A model generated the notes under the pieces. That model was not told the DNA's origin. It searched no databases and was given only the letters and a program-made list of their open reading frames with translations. The position numbers and the translations under genes are program-made. This document shows positions 1 to 11,594 of a stretch of DNA of 64,000 nucleotides, in pieces. The stretch comes from Eledone cirrhosa (taxonomy: Eukaryota): the NCBI GenBank assembly GCA_964016885.1, contig OZ024745.1, forward strand, positions 1,550,001 through 1,614,000, written 5' to 3'. Each line of letters starts with the position of its first letter. The first letter of the stretch is position 1.

Positions 1-38
<38 letters not shown>

Positions 39-118
39 GTATATATATGTATATATATATATATAAATGTATATATATATATAAATGTATATATATATAT
101 ATATATATATATACATAC

Positions 119-189
<71 letters not shown>

Positions 190-209
190 CATATATATAT
201 ATACATATA

Positions 210-241
<32 letters not shown>

Positions 242-247
242 CATTTT

Positions 248-305
<58 letters not shown>

Positions 306-312
306 AACAAAC

Positions 313-365
<53 letters not shown>

Positions 366-400
366 TATATGTATATATATATATAGATATATATATTCAC

Positions 401-433
<33 letters not shown>

Positions 434-560
434 CATTTATATATATACGCATATATATATGTATATATATATACACACATATACATATATATGTGCATAT
501 ACATGCATATCTACACACCTCTTTCTCTGTATATATATTTATATATATTTATATGTGTGT
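1..560. repeat. Interrupted (TA)n microsatellite
   Basis: Long (TA)n with CA/TG interruptions; YIYI-type ORFs here are artefacts. Confidence 0.97.
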
Positions 561-644
561 GTATGTGTGGGTGTACTTATGTATGTATGCGTATAAGTAT
601 AAGTGTGTATGCGTGTGCGGTGTGGTTGTGAATCAATGTAATTG

Positions 645-785
645 TGGTGGGGGAGGGGGAGGAGAGAAAGGAGAATGGTGGGAGTGAGAGAGAGATGGAG
701 AGGGTGTAAAAGAAAGAAATACAGAGAGGAGAGAGGGGAAAGTAAGGAGAGAAACAGTGAGAGGGGGAGGGAAGACAGAGACAGA
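645..785. repeat. GA-rich low-complexity polypurine tract
   Basis: Strongly purine-biased + strand (GGAGAGAAAGGAGA...). Confidence 0.8.
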
Positions 786-815
786 CAAATCCAAACAACA
801 TTGATATCAGAAACT

Positions 816-1475
<660 letters not shown>

Positions 1476-1559
1476 AGTGTGTGATGTGGATCAGAGTAGA
1501 AAATAAAAAAATAAGACAGAAAAAGATGAAAATGTGATGAAGGAGAAAGACGGTGAAAG

Positions 1560-1777
1560 GGAGTGTAAGAGAGAGGGGGGAGTGAGGGTGAGAAGGAGAG
1601 GAGAGAGGGGGAGACAGATGGGGAGAGGGAGGGAGAGCGAGAGGGAGAGTGGGAGAGAGAGAGGGAGAGAGAGAGGAGGGTGGGAGAGAGAGAGAGGAGA
1701 GTGGGAGAGAGAGGGAGAGAGAGATGAGAGTGGGAGATAGAGAGGAGAGTGGGAGAGAGAGAAAGACAGAGGAGAGT

Positions 1778-1813
<36 letters not shown>

Positions 1814-1880
1814 TGGGAGAGAGAGAGAGAGAGAGGGGAGAATGGGAGAGAGAGAGAGGAGAGTGGGAGAGAGAGAGAAA
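1560..1880. repeat. GA-rich repeat with recurring GAGGAGAGTGGGAGAGA motif
   Basis: GGAGAGTGGGAGA recurs several times, separated by variable (GA)n. Confidence 0.85.
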
Positions 1881-2249
1881 GATAGAAAGAATTGAAGAAG
1901 TGTAATAGACAGAGAAAGAGAATACACACATACATGTGTAAATATGTTAGATATGTATACATGTATGTATACAGCGCATGTTCACCTGTATATGTATACA
2001 CACACACACACACATACACACATACACACACACATATATATATGTGTGTGTGTATGTGTGTATGTGTGTGAACATGAGCAGCCAGATATGTATATGTTTA
2101 TCATATTTATACATACACATATGTGCAGACGTGCATCTGTGTATATATATAGGAACGATCGACTTTCGTCAAATCGGACCGAGGGAACAATGTTTCCGTT
2201 GGTCTTTCCAATTGCTAATACTATCTATCGGTCGCAACTCCAGGTAGAA

Positions 2250-2370
2250 GGAGCAACGTGAAATAAAGTGTCTTGCTCAAGGACATAACGCATCGCCTGG
2301 TCCAGGAATCGAACTCACAGCCTTACGATTGCGAATCCAATTCTCTAACCTCTCAGCCACACGCCTTCAC
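2250..2370 (-). mobile_element. tRNA-derived SINE, 5' portion (Pol III head plus CORE-like central motif)
   Basis: Minus strand reads GTGAAGGCGTG-TGGCTGAGAGG (A box, + 2349-2359)...GTTCGATTCC (B box, + 2305-2314)...GTCCTTGAGCAAGACACTTTATTTCACGTTGCTCC. CCTTGAGCAAG resembles the CCTTGGGCAAG motif of CORE-type SINE central domains. Confidence 0.8.
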
Positions 2371-2406
2371 TATGTGTATATATATAACTCCTTATATATA
2401 TGTCTG

Positions 2407-3619
<1,213 letters not shown>

Positions 3620-3662
3620 GTTGATAGATAGGTAGATAGATATATAGAGTGAGAGAGAGAGA

Positions 3663-3768
3663 GTGTGTGATAGAGTGAGAGAGGGGGAGTGTGTGATAGA
3701 GTGAGAGAGGGGGAGTGTGTGATAGAGTGAGAGAGGGGGAGTGTGTGATAGAGTGAGAGAGGGGGAGT
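3663..3768. repeat. 26-bp minisatellite, about 4 copies (GTGTGTGATAGAGTGAGAGAGGGGGA)
   Basis: Four near-identical tandem units read directly. Confidence 0.92.
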
Positions 3769-3882
3769 GACGCTGGATTGAGGCAAATATTATGGAATAA
3801 TAAATAACTAAAAATTGGTGGGACGGAAAAAGTGTATTTATAGAAGAGGGAGAGGAATGGTGTAGAGAAATAGTGATATAAC

Positions 3883-4174
3883 AGAGAGAGGGGGAGAGAG
3901 GGGGATTGAGAGAGGTAGTGAGAGAGTGAAAGAGTGAGAGTGAGACAGAGTGAGAGAGTGAGAGAGTGAGAGAGTGAGTGAGAGAGTGACAGTGAGAGTG
4001 AAGAGAGAGAGTGAGAGTGAGAGAGAGAGAGTGTGAGAGAGAGAGTGAGAGTGAGAGAATGAGAGAGAGAGAGTGAGAGAGTGAGAGTAAGAGAATGATA
4101 AAAAGAGAGAGAGTAAGAGATAGAGAGAGTGAGAGAGTGAGAGTGGGAGTGAGAGAGAGTGAGTGAGAGAGAGA
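3883..4174. repeat. Degenerate (GAGAGT)n / (GA)n repeat
   Basis: Repeated GAGT/GAGAGT units. Confidence 0.88.
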
Positions 4175-4245
4175 GTTGAAATAAAACTCATTGAAAATTA
4201 TAGGTTTACATAAAGCTGTTGAGAAATACTGTTTATGTGTGTATA

Positions 4246-6040
4246 TGTGTGAGTGTATATATGTGAGTGTATATATGTGTGTGTGTATATGTGAGTGTAT
4301 ACTTGTATATATATATGTGTGTGTGTATATATGTGAGTGTATATTTGTATATATATATGTGTGTGTGTATATGTGAGTGTATATTTGTATATATATATGT
4401 GTGTGTGTATATATGTGAGTGTATATTTGTATATATATATGTGTGTGTATATATGTGAGTGTATACTTGTATATATATATGTGTGTGTGTATATATGTGA
4501 GTGTATATTTGTATATATATATATGTGTATATATGTGAGTGTATACTTGTATATATATATGTGTGTGTGTATATATGTGAGTGTATATTTGTATATATAT
4601 ATGTGTGTGTGTATATATGTGAGTGTATATTTGTATATATATATGTGTATATATGTGAGTGTATACTTGTATATATATATGTGTGTGTGTATATATGTGA
4701 GTGTATATTTGTATATATATATGTGTATATATGTGAGTGTATACTTGTATATATATATGTGTGTGTGTATATATGTGAGTGTATATTTGTATATATATAT
4801 ATGTGTGTGTGTATATATGTGAGTGTATATTTGTATATATATATGTGTGTGTATATATGTGAGTGTATATTTGTATATATATATGTGTGTGTATATATGT
4901 GAGTGTATATTTGTATATATATATGTGTGTGTGTATATATGTGAGTGTATATTTGTATATATATGTGTGTGTATATATGTGAGTGTATATTTGTATATAT
5001 ATATGTGTGTGTGTATATATGTGAGTGTATATTTGTATATATATGTGTGTGTGTATATGTGAGTGTATATTTGTATATATATATGTGTGTGTGTATATAT
5101 GTCAGTGTATATTTGTATATATATATATGTGTGTGTATATATGTGAGTGTATATTTGTATATATATATGTGTGTGTATATATGTGAGTGAATATTTGTAT
5201 ATATATATGTGTGTGTGTATATATGTGAGTGTATATTTGTATATATATATATGTGTGTGTGTATATATGTGAGTGTATATTTGTATATATATATGTGTGT
5301 GTATATATGTGAGTGTATATTTGTATATATATATGTGTGTGTATATATGTGAGTGTATATTTGTATATATATATGTGTGTGTGTATATATGTGAGTGTAT
5401 ATTTGTATATATATATATGTGTGTGTGTATATATGTGAGTGTATATTTGTATATATATATGTGTGTGTATATATGTGAGTGTATATTTGTATATATATAT
5501 GTGTGTGTATATATGTGAGTGTATATTTGTATATATATATGTGTGTGTATATATGTGAGTGTATATTTGTATATATATATGTGTGTGTGTATATATGTGA
5601 GTGTATATTTGTATATATATATGTGTGTGTATATATGTGAGTGTATATTTGTATATATATATATATGTGTGTGTGTATATATGTGAGTGTATATTTGTAT
5701 ATATATATATGTATGTGTGTATATATGTGAGTGTATATTTGTATATATATATGTGTGTGTATATATGTGAGTGTATATTTGTATATATATATGTGTGTGT
5801 ATATATGTGAGTGTATATTTGTATATATATATGTGTGTGTGTATATATGTGAGTGTATATTTGTATATATATATGTGTGTGTGTATATATGTGAGTGTAT
5901 ATTTGTATATATATATGTGTGTGTGTATATATGTGAGTGTATATTTGTATATATATATATATGTGTGTGTATATATGTGAGTGTATATTTGTATATATAT
6001 ATGTGTATATATATATATATATGTGATTGTATATTTGTAT
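4246..6040. repeat. About 40-bp compound minisatellite (GTGAGTGTATATTTG(TA)n(TG)nTATAT), roughly 43 copies
   Basis: Fixed core GAGTGTATATTTG (variant ...TACTTG) recurs every about 38-46 bp; length varies through the internal (TA)n and (TG)n. Confidence 0.95.
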
Positions 6041-6323
6041 ACATATAAGTATACACATACACACATATATATATATATATATATATATGGAGCATATATA
6101 TAGCATATATATATATATATATGTATGTCTGTGTGTATGTATATAGTATATATATATATATGTGTGTGTGTGTGTATATGTATACATATATATATATATA
6201 TATGTATGTATACATATATATATATATATGTATGTATACATATATATATATACATATTTATATATATATTATATATATATATATATGTGTGTGTATGTAT
6301 ACATATATATATATATATATATG

Positions 6324-6362
<39 letters not shown>

Positions 6363-6386
6363 ATATATATATATATGTATGTAGAC

Positions 6387-6467
<81 letters not shown>

Positions 6468-6480
6468 TGTGTGTGTATGT
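6041..6480. repeat. (TA)n then (TG)n microsatellite
   Basis: Direct reading; pure (TG)n at about 6408-6460. Confidence 0.95.
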
Positions 6481-6551
6481 ATGTATATGCGTGAGTTATT
6501 TAGTCCATAAGTAAATTTGTATGCACATTGTTAAGTGTGCTCTTGCTTATT

Positions 6552-6760
6552 TGTGTGTGTACTGCTGTGTGTGTGTGTGTCTCTGTGTGTCTGTCTGTGT
6601 GTCTGTCTGTGTGTCTGTCTGTGTTTGTGTGTGTGTGTGTGTGTACTGCTGTGTGTGTCTGTTTGTGTGTCTGTCTGTGTTTGTGTGTGTGTATGTGTAC
6701 TGCTGTGTGTGTCTCTGTGTGTGAACTGCTGTGTGTGTACTGCTGTGTGTGTCTGTCTGT

Positions 6761-6811
<51 letters not shown>

Positions 6812-6880
6812 CTGCTGTATGTGTCTGTGTGTGTGGTTGTGTTTCTACTTAAACGTGCTTGTTGTTGTTGTTGTTGTGGT
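6552..6880. repeat. Compound (TG)n/(TGTC)n repeat with recurring ACTGCTG, ending in (GTT)n
   Basis: GTACTGCTGTGTGT or GAACTGCTG recurs about 6 times within TG-rich sequence. Confidence 0.85.
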
Positions 6881-6960
6881 GTCATGCAATAGATAACATT
6901 AATAAAATCCAGACTACAAATGGAGAGAGTAGGGACACTGAAGTTGGAGGCTGAGGTAGA

Positions 6961-9586
6961 TATCTTTCTTTATTTGCCACAGGGGTGTACAAGGTACATT
7001 ACAAGACGTGACGGCGGGGTTTTACATAAAATCTTTAACATTAATAAATAACAATAAACTATATATAAAATAAAACAATCGAAATCCCCAATAGCGGGGA
7101 ACGTTACTGCAGGGTTGTTTTACACCCCGTGGATAGAACAACCCTCAACACCAGGAACACGTTTTGTAGGTGTTCCCGTCTTCCCTCTGTTTATCTTCCT
7201 CAACCTACAGGTTTATATACAGAGAAGGCCCATTCACTCGGGCCATTTTCGCCACATTCACCCACCTTTCAGTGAATTTACTGGGGTGTAGCACCTCTCT
7301 TTCCACTCTCACCTTCCTTTTGAAGTGGTACTTAAAGAAGGAGATAAGTTGTTGTCCGGAGAGAAAGGTGTTAGCCCTCAGTCCTTTTAACCTCATCCAC
7401 CATATTACCTCTTTCGCCATAGCCACCAGACAGAGGAAAACCACCTCTCCTTCATTCTTAAATGAAGGAGGCGGGGTGATCCTCACGATGGACTCAGCTG
7501 ACAACTGGGTGCGTCCCACACGTGACAGCAGCTGTTCGACATAATTCCACAGGTCGGTCACCCCTGGGCACTGAACAATTGCGTGCAGAATGGTTTCGAT
7601 GTCCTGCTCGCATCTTGGACAGGTCCTTTTGGCAGGATCTCTGCCAGGGCGTCCGTGCCTGTAGATTTTGTCTCGAACTGGTAGAGCTCCTCGATAGCAC
7701 TGCCAGGCCAGAGACCTCTGGAAGTTATCCATCGGCTCTGGACGGAAAGTCCTCCCGAACAGACTGGTCAGTTCGTCTTCCTCGATGCCTAGAGTTTTCT
7801 CGAGAACGTCGTCGCACTTCTCCTCCAATAATCCCCTATAGAATGTCGAAGTGGAGTCTCTGCTTTTTGCCGTTTCCGCTTGGTAGAGGGTTGTGAACGC
7901 CTGAAGGCACTCGAGGTACCAGGCGCCCATTTTCGGTCTTCGCTTGACCCAGGACTGCAGCCCTGTTAGTAAGACGAGTTGTGGAAGAGCTCGTCTCACA
8001 AACGATATCCACACCGGTTCACCCGTCAGGAATACCTGGAGATGGCATAGCCTCAGCGCGTGTTTGCGCATCATCAACCATGGCATGCCCAGCCCTCCGT
8101 TAGAAGGCTGTTGACAGCAGATGGATCTCCTCACCAATGGAGCCTGTTTCTTCCAGAGGAACTTGAAAAGTAGGCGTTCCATTTTGGTGAGGTATTCGCG
8201 GAGACAAGGCACGACTGTCAAGCGGTAGTAGATGACGGACGTTATGTAAGTGTTCGCCACCTCCGCTTGACCTTTCAAGGAGAGTTTGCACTCAGCCCAC
8301 TTCTGGGTGAGTGCAAACACCTTCGCCGTGACCTCGTTCCAGTTCTTGTCCACCTGGAGGTCTGGACCAAACCAGACCGAGTAATTTCACTGGTCCTTCC
8401 ATCCAGCGTCCAATGACACTGTCAGAAGGCATGGGTTTGCCTCTCCATGTGCCGAGTTGCAAACCGACAAACTTGTTTGGGTTTAGACTTGCTCCTGTTA
8501 ACGTTTCGTATTCCCGTAATAGGTTGCTGATTACCCCGATTTCCGAGGTTTTCGACACCATCACAGTTATGTCACCAGCATAGGCGATGCTGCTTTCCGT
8601 GGTCCTGGTTCGATCGGGATGCCCTGCAACAGCTCCAACTCCCGCAGTAATGGCTTGAGAGTCAGTACATACAGAATGGAGGAGAGAGGGCACCCCTGAC
8701 GGATGGAATGCATGATTTGGAATGGCTCCGATAGATAGCCATTCACTTTGACTGCCGAGCAGATGCTGGTGTGCATGGCAACGATCCAGCCTCTGAAGAC
8801 GGGACCAAAGCCGGCCGCCTTGAGAACCGCTTCCAAGTATTGATGGTCGACCCTATCAAATGCCTTAGACTGATCTAAATTGATCAGAGCCCCACCGAAG
8901 CCAGGTTTACACTCTACCCTCTCTATGATGTATCGCGTTCGAGAGTCGTGGTATGCCGTCTAGGTAGGAGCTGAAGTCCATCACCTCCCTCGACGTACCG
9001 CTTTGCCCGAACAGTTGTGCAAAATGCTGCTGGAAGGCCGTGCACATCTGCTTGGATTCAAGTAGAATGTGTCCATCTTTGTCTTGCAAGGACCGAATTG
9101 TGCATTTATTGCCACTTTTCGCCTCCGTCACCCGAGCCCAGCTAACAGCTTTGGCTCCTTCGTTTCTTAGAGCACGTGTTCTACTTCTGAGAATACATCC
9201 TTCGTGTTTCACGTTGAACAACTTGTCTAGTGCCGTTCTCGCCGCTAGCACGTCAGCTGTACTGCCATTCCTAAGTGCCTCTTCTACTTTAGCTACCAGT
9301 TCCTTTTCGGTTTTGTTTTTTTATAAAGCCACTTCCTAGCTAAATGCTATCGATTCTATTCTAATTACTCTCTTGAGAGAGCTCCACCACCTGTTGTTGA
9401 CGATCTACCCCGTCAACTGGCACTTAACTACGGTGCTAATCCGTTTACTGTAGGCCTTACGTGCCGGAAGCGACATATTTAGATTCCAGTATCCGGGTCC
9501 CTGTCTATGTGCTCTATCAAGGTTGACTATGCAGGTGACTAATTTGTGGTCTGAATAGGCAACCATGTGCATTTGTGGACAGCTTA
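6961..9586 (-). mobile_element. 5'-truncated, decayed non-LTR retrotransposon (L1 group, Tx1-like)
   Basis: Minus-strand domain order is: APE endonuclease C-terminus (YSDHKLV...GPGYWNLN), linker, RT (LDQSKAFDRVDH, IRQGCPLS, YAGD), C-terminal region with CCHC finger (CPRC-x8-H-x4-C), about 240-bp 3' UTR, then AATAAA (+ strand TTTATT 6969-6974) followed by GAAAGA. Confidence 0.92.
7205..9586 (-). pseudogene. Disrupted LINE ORF2 (endonuclease/reverse transcriptase)
   Basis: ORF2 is split over track ORFs 9405-9596, 8907-9251, 8567-8836 (extends upstream to about 8938), 8292-8693 and 7205-8353 by frameshifts and stops. Catalytic YADD is changed to YAGD (+ 8571-8582). An internal deletion lies near 8938. 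Confidence 0.9.
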
Positions 9587-9600
9587 ATGTTTCCACATAT

Positions 9601-9721
9601 AGATGGAGAAAGATGGAGATAGATGGAAAGAAAGAGAGAGACAGTGAGATAGAGGGAAAGAGAGAGAGAGAAAGAGAGGGAGAGAGAGACGGTGGGATAG
9701 AGAGAGAGAGAGAGAGAGAGT

Positions 9722-9787
<66 letters not shown>
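9601..9787. repeat. (GA)n microsatellite abutting the LINE 5' truncation
   Basis: Direct reading. Confidence 0.95.
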
Positions 9788-9790
<3 letters not shown>

Positions 9791-9944
9791 CAGTATAAAT
9801 AAAATGACCAAGATTAACCCTTTAGTATTTACATTACTCTATATTTACTATTATATTTTCACGGTAAAGGCTTTATCTTACATACCGATCTTTCATATTA
9901 TCGAATCTATGAGATTTTGATGTTATTTATTTTGAGTACAATAC

Positions 9945-10004
9945 CTTAACATCAGTATGAGCAGCCAGATACAGCCAGTTTGAACAGAAAGAGGTGAGAG
10001 AATT
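9945..10004 (-). CDS. Candidate 60-nt internal exon of an unidentified minus-strand gene (NSLTSFCSNWLYLAAHTDVK)
   Basis: Minus strand: pyrimidine tract TCTTTTACCTGTCTTCCTTATCCGGCCAG| then 60 stop-free nt then AAG|GTATTG donor. It sits in a small unique, GC-richer island among repeats. No homology recognised. Confidence 0.33.
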
Positions 10005-10119
10005 CTGGCCGGATAAGGAAGACAGGTAAAAGATTCGTAGAATAAAACAAATGTTGCGAGAAATAGAGAAAAGATGATAGAGAAAAAAAAGAAAGAATAA
10101 ATAAATGGTAAAATAAAAG

Positions 10120-11372
10120 GAAGAACGAAAAGAGAAAGAAGGCAATGAGAAAGAACGAGAGAAGAAAGAATGAAAAGAGAAAGAACGAAAAAAGAAAAAA
10201 GTGAAAAAAGAAAGAACGAAAAAAGAAAGATCGAAAAAGAAAGAACGAAAAAAGAAAGATCGAAAAAGAAAGAACGAAAAAAGAAAGAACGAAAAGAGAC
10301 AGAACCTTAAAGAGAAAGAACGAAAAGAGAAAGAATGAAAAGAGAACGAAAAGAGAAAGAACGAAAAAAGAAAGAATGAAAAGAGAACGAAAAAAGAAAG
10401 AACGAAAAAGAAAGAATGAAAAAAGAAAGAATGAAATGAGAAAGAATGAAAAGAGAAAGAAGGAAAAGAGAAAGAACGAAAAAAGAAAGAATGAAAAGAG
10501 AACGAAAAAAGAAAGAACGAAAAAAGAAAGAACGAAAAAAGAAAGAATGAAAAAAAGAAAGAATTAAAAAAGAAAGAACGAAAAAAGAAAAAATGAAAAA
10601 AGAAAGAATGAAAAGAACGAAAAAAGAAAGAACGAAAAAAGAAAGAACGAAAAAAAGAAAGATTTAAAAAAGAAAGAACGAAAAAAGAAAGAATGAAAAA
10701 AGAAAGAATGAAAAGAGAACGAAAAAAGAAAGAACGAAAAAAAAGAAAGAAAAAGAAAGAATGAAAAAAGAAAGAACGAAAAAAGAAGAATGAAAAGAGA
10801 ACGAAAAAAGAAAGAACGAAAAAAGAAAGAACGAAAAAGAAAGAATGAAAAAAGAAAGGACAAAAACAGAAAGAATGAAAAAAGAAAGAATGAAAAGAGA
10901 ACGAAAAAGAAAGAACGAAAAAAGAAAGAATGAAAAGAGAACGAAAAAAGAAAGAACGAAAAAAGAAAGAACGAAAAAGAAAGAATGAAAAAAGAAAGAA
11001 TGAAAAGAGAACGAAAAAAGAAAGAACGAAAAGAGAAAGAATGAAAAAAGAAAGAATGAAAAGAGAACGAAAAAAGAAAGAACGAAGAAAGAAAGAACGA
11101 AAAAGAAAGATTGAAAAAAGAAAGAACGAAAAGAGAAAGAACGAAAAAAGAAAGAATGAAAAGAGAACGAAAAAAGAAAGAACGAAAAAAGAAAGAACGA
11201 AAAAAGAAGAACGAAAAAAAGAAAGAATTAAAAAAGAAAGAACGAAAAAAGAAAGAATGAAAAAAGAAAGAACGAAAAGAGAAAGAACCAAAGGATAAAG
11301 AACGAAAAAAGAAAGAACGAAAAAAGAAAGGGCGAGAGAGAAGAAAAGAGAAAGGGCGAGAGAAGAAAAGGG
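10120..11372. repeat. Purine-rich 15-bp minisatellite (AAAGAA(C/T)GAAAAAAG)n, about 1.25 kb
   Basis: The 15-bp period explains the 5-aa repeats in the spurious ORFs (KKERT / RSFFF); shorter variant units such as GAAAAGAGAAC are interspersed. Confidence 0.93.
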
Positions 11373-11449
11373 GGAAAAGAATGTAGGAAATTTATGGAAA
11401 GAAATTTAAAAAAGGAAGTAAAGAAAGAGAGACTGTGTAAGGAGTAAAC

Positions 11450-11462
11450 CAGTGGTTCCCAA
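11450..11462 (+). mobile_element. Possible hAT (Charlie/Buster-type) terminal inverted repeat, single end
   Basis: CAGTGGTTCCCAA matches Charlie/Buster-type TIR starts. The preceding 8 bp GAGTAAAC (11442-11449) fits the nnnTAnnn target-site pattern. The partner end is not visible in the window. Confidence 0.35.
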
Positions 11463-11594
11463 GGGTCTTTTTTTTAAAATCACGGTGCATTTTTGAAAGA
11501 GTAAAAATAATCTGTACTTTCTACCATAAATTTCAACTCATTCTTAACAGACAGTTTGTGCTCTTTTTTCGCCAATCTTTGTATCTAAACTCGT

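Noticed and set aside
2290-2370. Functional tRNA gene
   Set aside because: A and B boxes are present, but I could not fold a convincing cloverleaf with acceptor stem, and the sequence continues into a SINE central motif.
7170-9339. Plus-strand and alternate-frame ORFs overlapping the LINE (7170-7544, 7522-7896, 9040-9339, 7494-7700, 8100-8291)
   Set aside because: Shadow ORFs of LINE ORF2 with no independent motifs.
6940-9620. Target-site duplication around the LINE
   Set aside because: No matching direct repeat is visible at the two ends; the 5' end abuts a (GA)n tract.
9927-11298. 454-aa Phe/Ser-rich ORF and Lys/Arg/Glu-rich ORFs
   Set aside because: By-product of the 15-bp minisatellite (period divisible by 3). 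Only the last about 60 nt is retained, as a tentative exon.
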